64,000 nucleotides of DNA. Source: Alphaproteobacteria bacterium. Its GTDB lineage: Bacteria > Pseudomonadota > Alphaproteobacteria > Bin95. Below, piece after piece: positions 63,488-64,000 of this stretch; within the stretch, counting starts at the first letter, position 1, and each line of letters starts with the position of its first letter. The stretch spans positions 256,001 through 320,000 of the forward strand of contig CAXXWS020000003.1 of the NCBI GenBank assembly GCA_963665325.3, in the 5' to 3' direction. Both the position numbers and the translations under genes were made by a program. Below the pieces are notes generated by a model. The model was not told the origin of the DNA. It did not search any database and worked only from the letters and a program-made list of their open reading frames with translations.

Positions 63488-64000
63488 CCCGTAACGCTGT
63501 CCGGATTCACGCCGTGCGTCAAGTCATCTTTGTAATCCCCTCATGTTTTGTCATGGTCCGCCGCGCCTCCCGTCCCGCCGCTGCCCGTCCGTATCCCGCA
63601 TGCCGTTCCTCCATCCTGTTTCGCTCCACTCCGTTCCCGCCGCCGCGCCGAACATTGCAGATGGCGGCGTTGACGCCGCCGCCGGCCCCTCCGTGCGGCG
63701 GACCCTGTTTCGCGCGTATCGCGCGCGGCCGGGCGCGCCCGTTAGCGCCGGCGCGGTTCGCGCGCCTGATTGCCCGCATGCGCCCGCACGCGCGAGACGG
63801 GCGCAGGGCGCACCCCTCCCCCTTGCTCCCTCGGGGCCTTTTCTCGCACCATCGCAACTCGAAGCGGCCTCCGGACAACCGCCTCCTCCCACTCCATCTA
63901 AGGCGCGGTGATGCAGATTTCAACTCTTTTCTAGGAATTAAGACAAATTAACACGAACAAACCATAATATCCAACCACGGCCGAGCGGCCGTTGAACCCG

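Larger units (their letters stand above)
61095..63540 (+). mobile_element. IS1595-family element carrying passenger genes (2446 bp)
   Basis: IRL GGAGATTACAAAGATGACTTG (61095-61115), IRR CAAGTCATCTTTGTAATCCCC (63520-63540, 20/21 match), 8-bp TSD TCATGTTT (61087-61094 and 63541-63548). Confidence 0.95.
61045..63975 (-). repeat. Dispersed element copy C, interrupted by IS1595 within its CATGAC repeats
   Basis: Core 63745-63773, hairpin 63861-63885, TTGAAA-N17-TAGATG promoter (63895-63923), repeats at 61045-61094 and 63541-63555. Confidence 0.8.

Noticed and set aside
63514-63951. ORFs predicted over copy C (63514-63951, 63519-63923, 63543-63911)
   Set aside because: They span the conserved non-coding leader, frames are not preserved between copies, and the translations are low-complexity

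Overview
GC-rich bacterial chromosome segment, most likely from an alphaproteobacterium (inferred from dnaN-recF-gyrB, trmFO, queA, the cobU/P-cobW-cobN-cobO-cobQ cluster and DUF1489). Most of the window is housekeeping and catabolic genes. These include a catabolic NpRdhA-type reductive dehalogenase, an acetylene-hydratase-like Mo/W enzyme, choline sulfatase, two PhyH dioxygenases, a P450 and a TcuA-like flavoprotein; this repertoire suggests, but does not prove, a marine or sponge-associated lifestyle. Accessory DNA comprises a low-GC islet after gyrB, a low-GC two-gene island (SAMHD1/YwfO-like HD dNTPase plus YwgA/Panacea-like partner), and a 2446-bp IS1595 element with passenger genes, 21-bp inverted repeats and an 8-bp target duplication. 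The strongest unexplained signal is a dispersed element family with three copies (about 22725-23275 +, 33490-34445 -, 61045-63975 - split by the IS). Each copy has a sigma70-like promoter with a LexA-box-like motif (clear in two copies), a ~200-nt leader with covarying hairpins and a near-invariant 29-nt core, a variable or decaying ORF, and helically phased CATGAC direct repeats. A short AT-rich patch also sits inside dnaN. No rRNA, tRNA or CRISPR array was recognised. Family assignments come from motif recognition only; no database searches were run.
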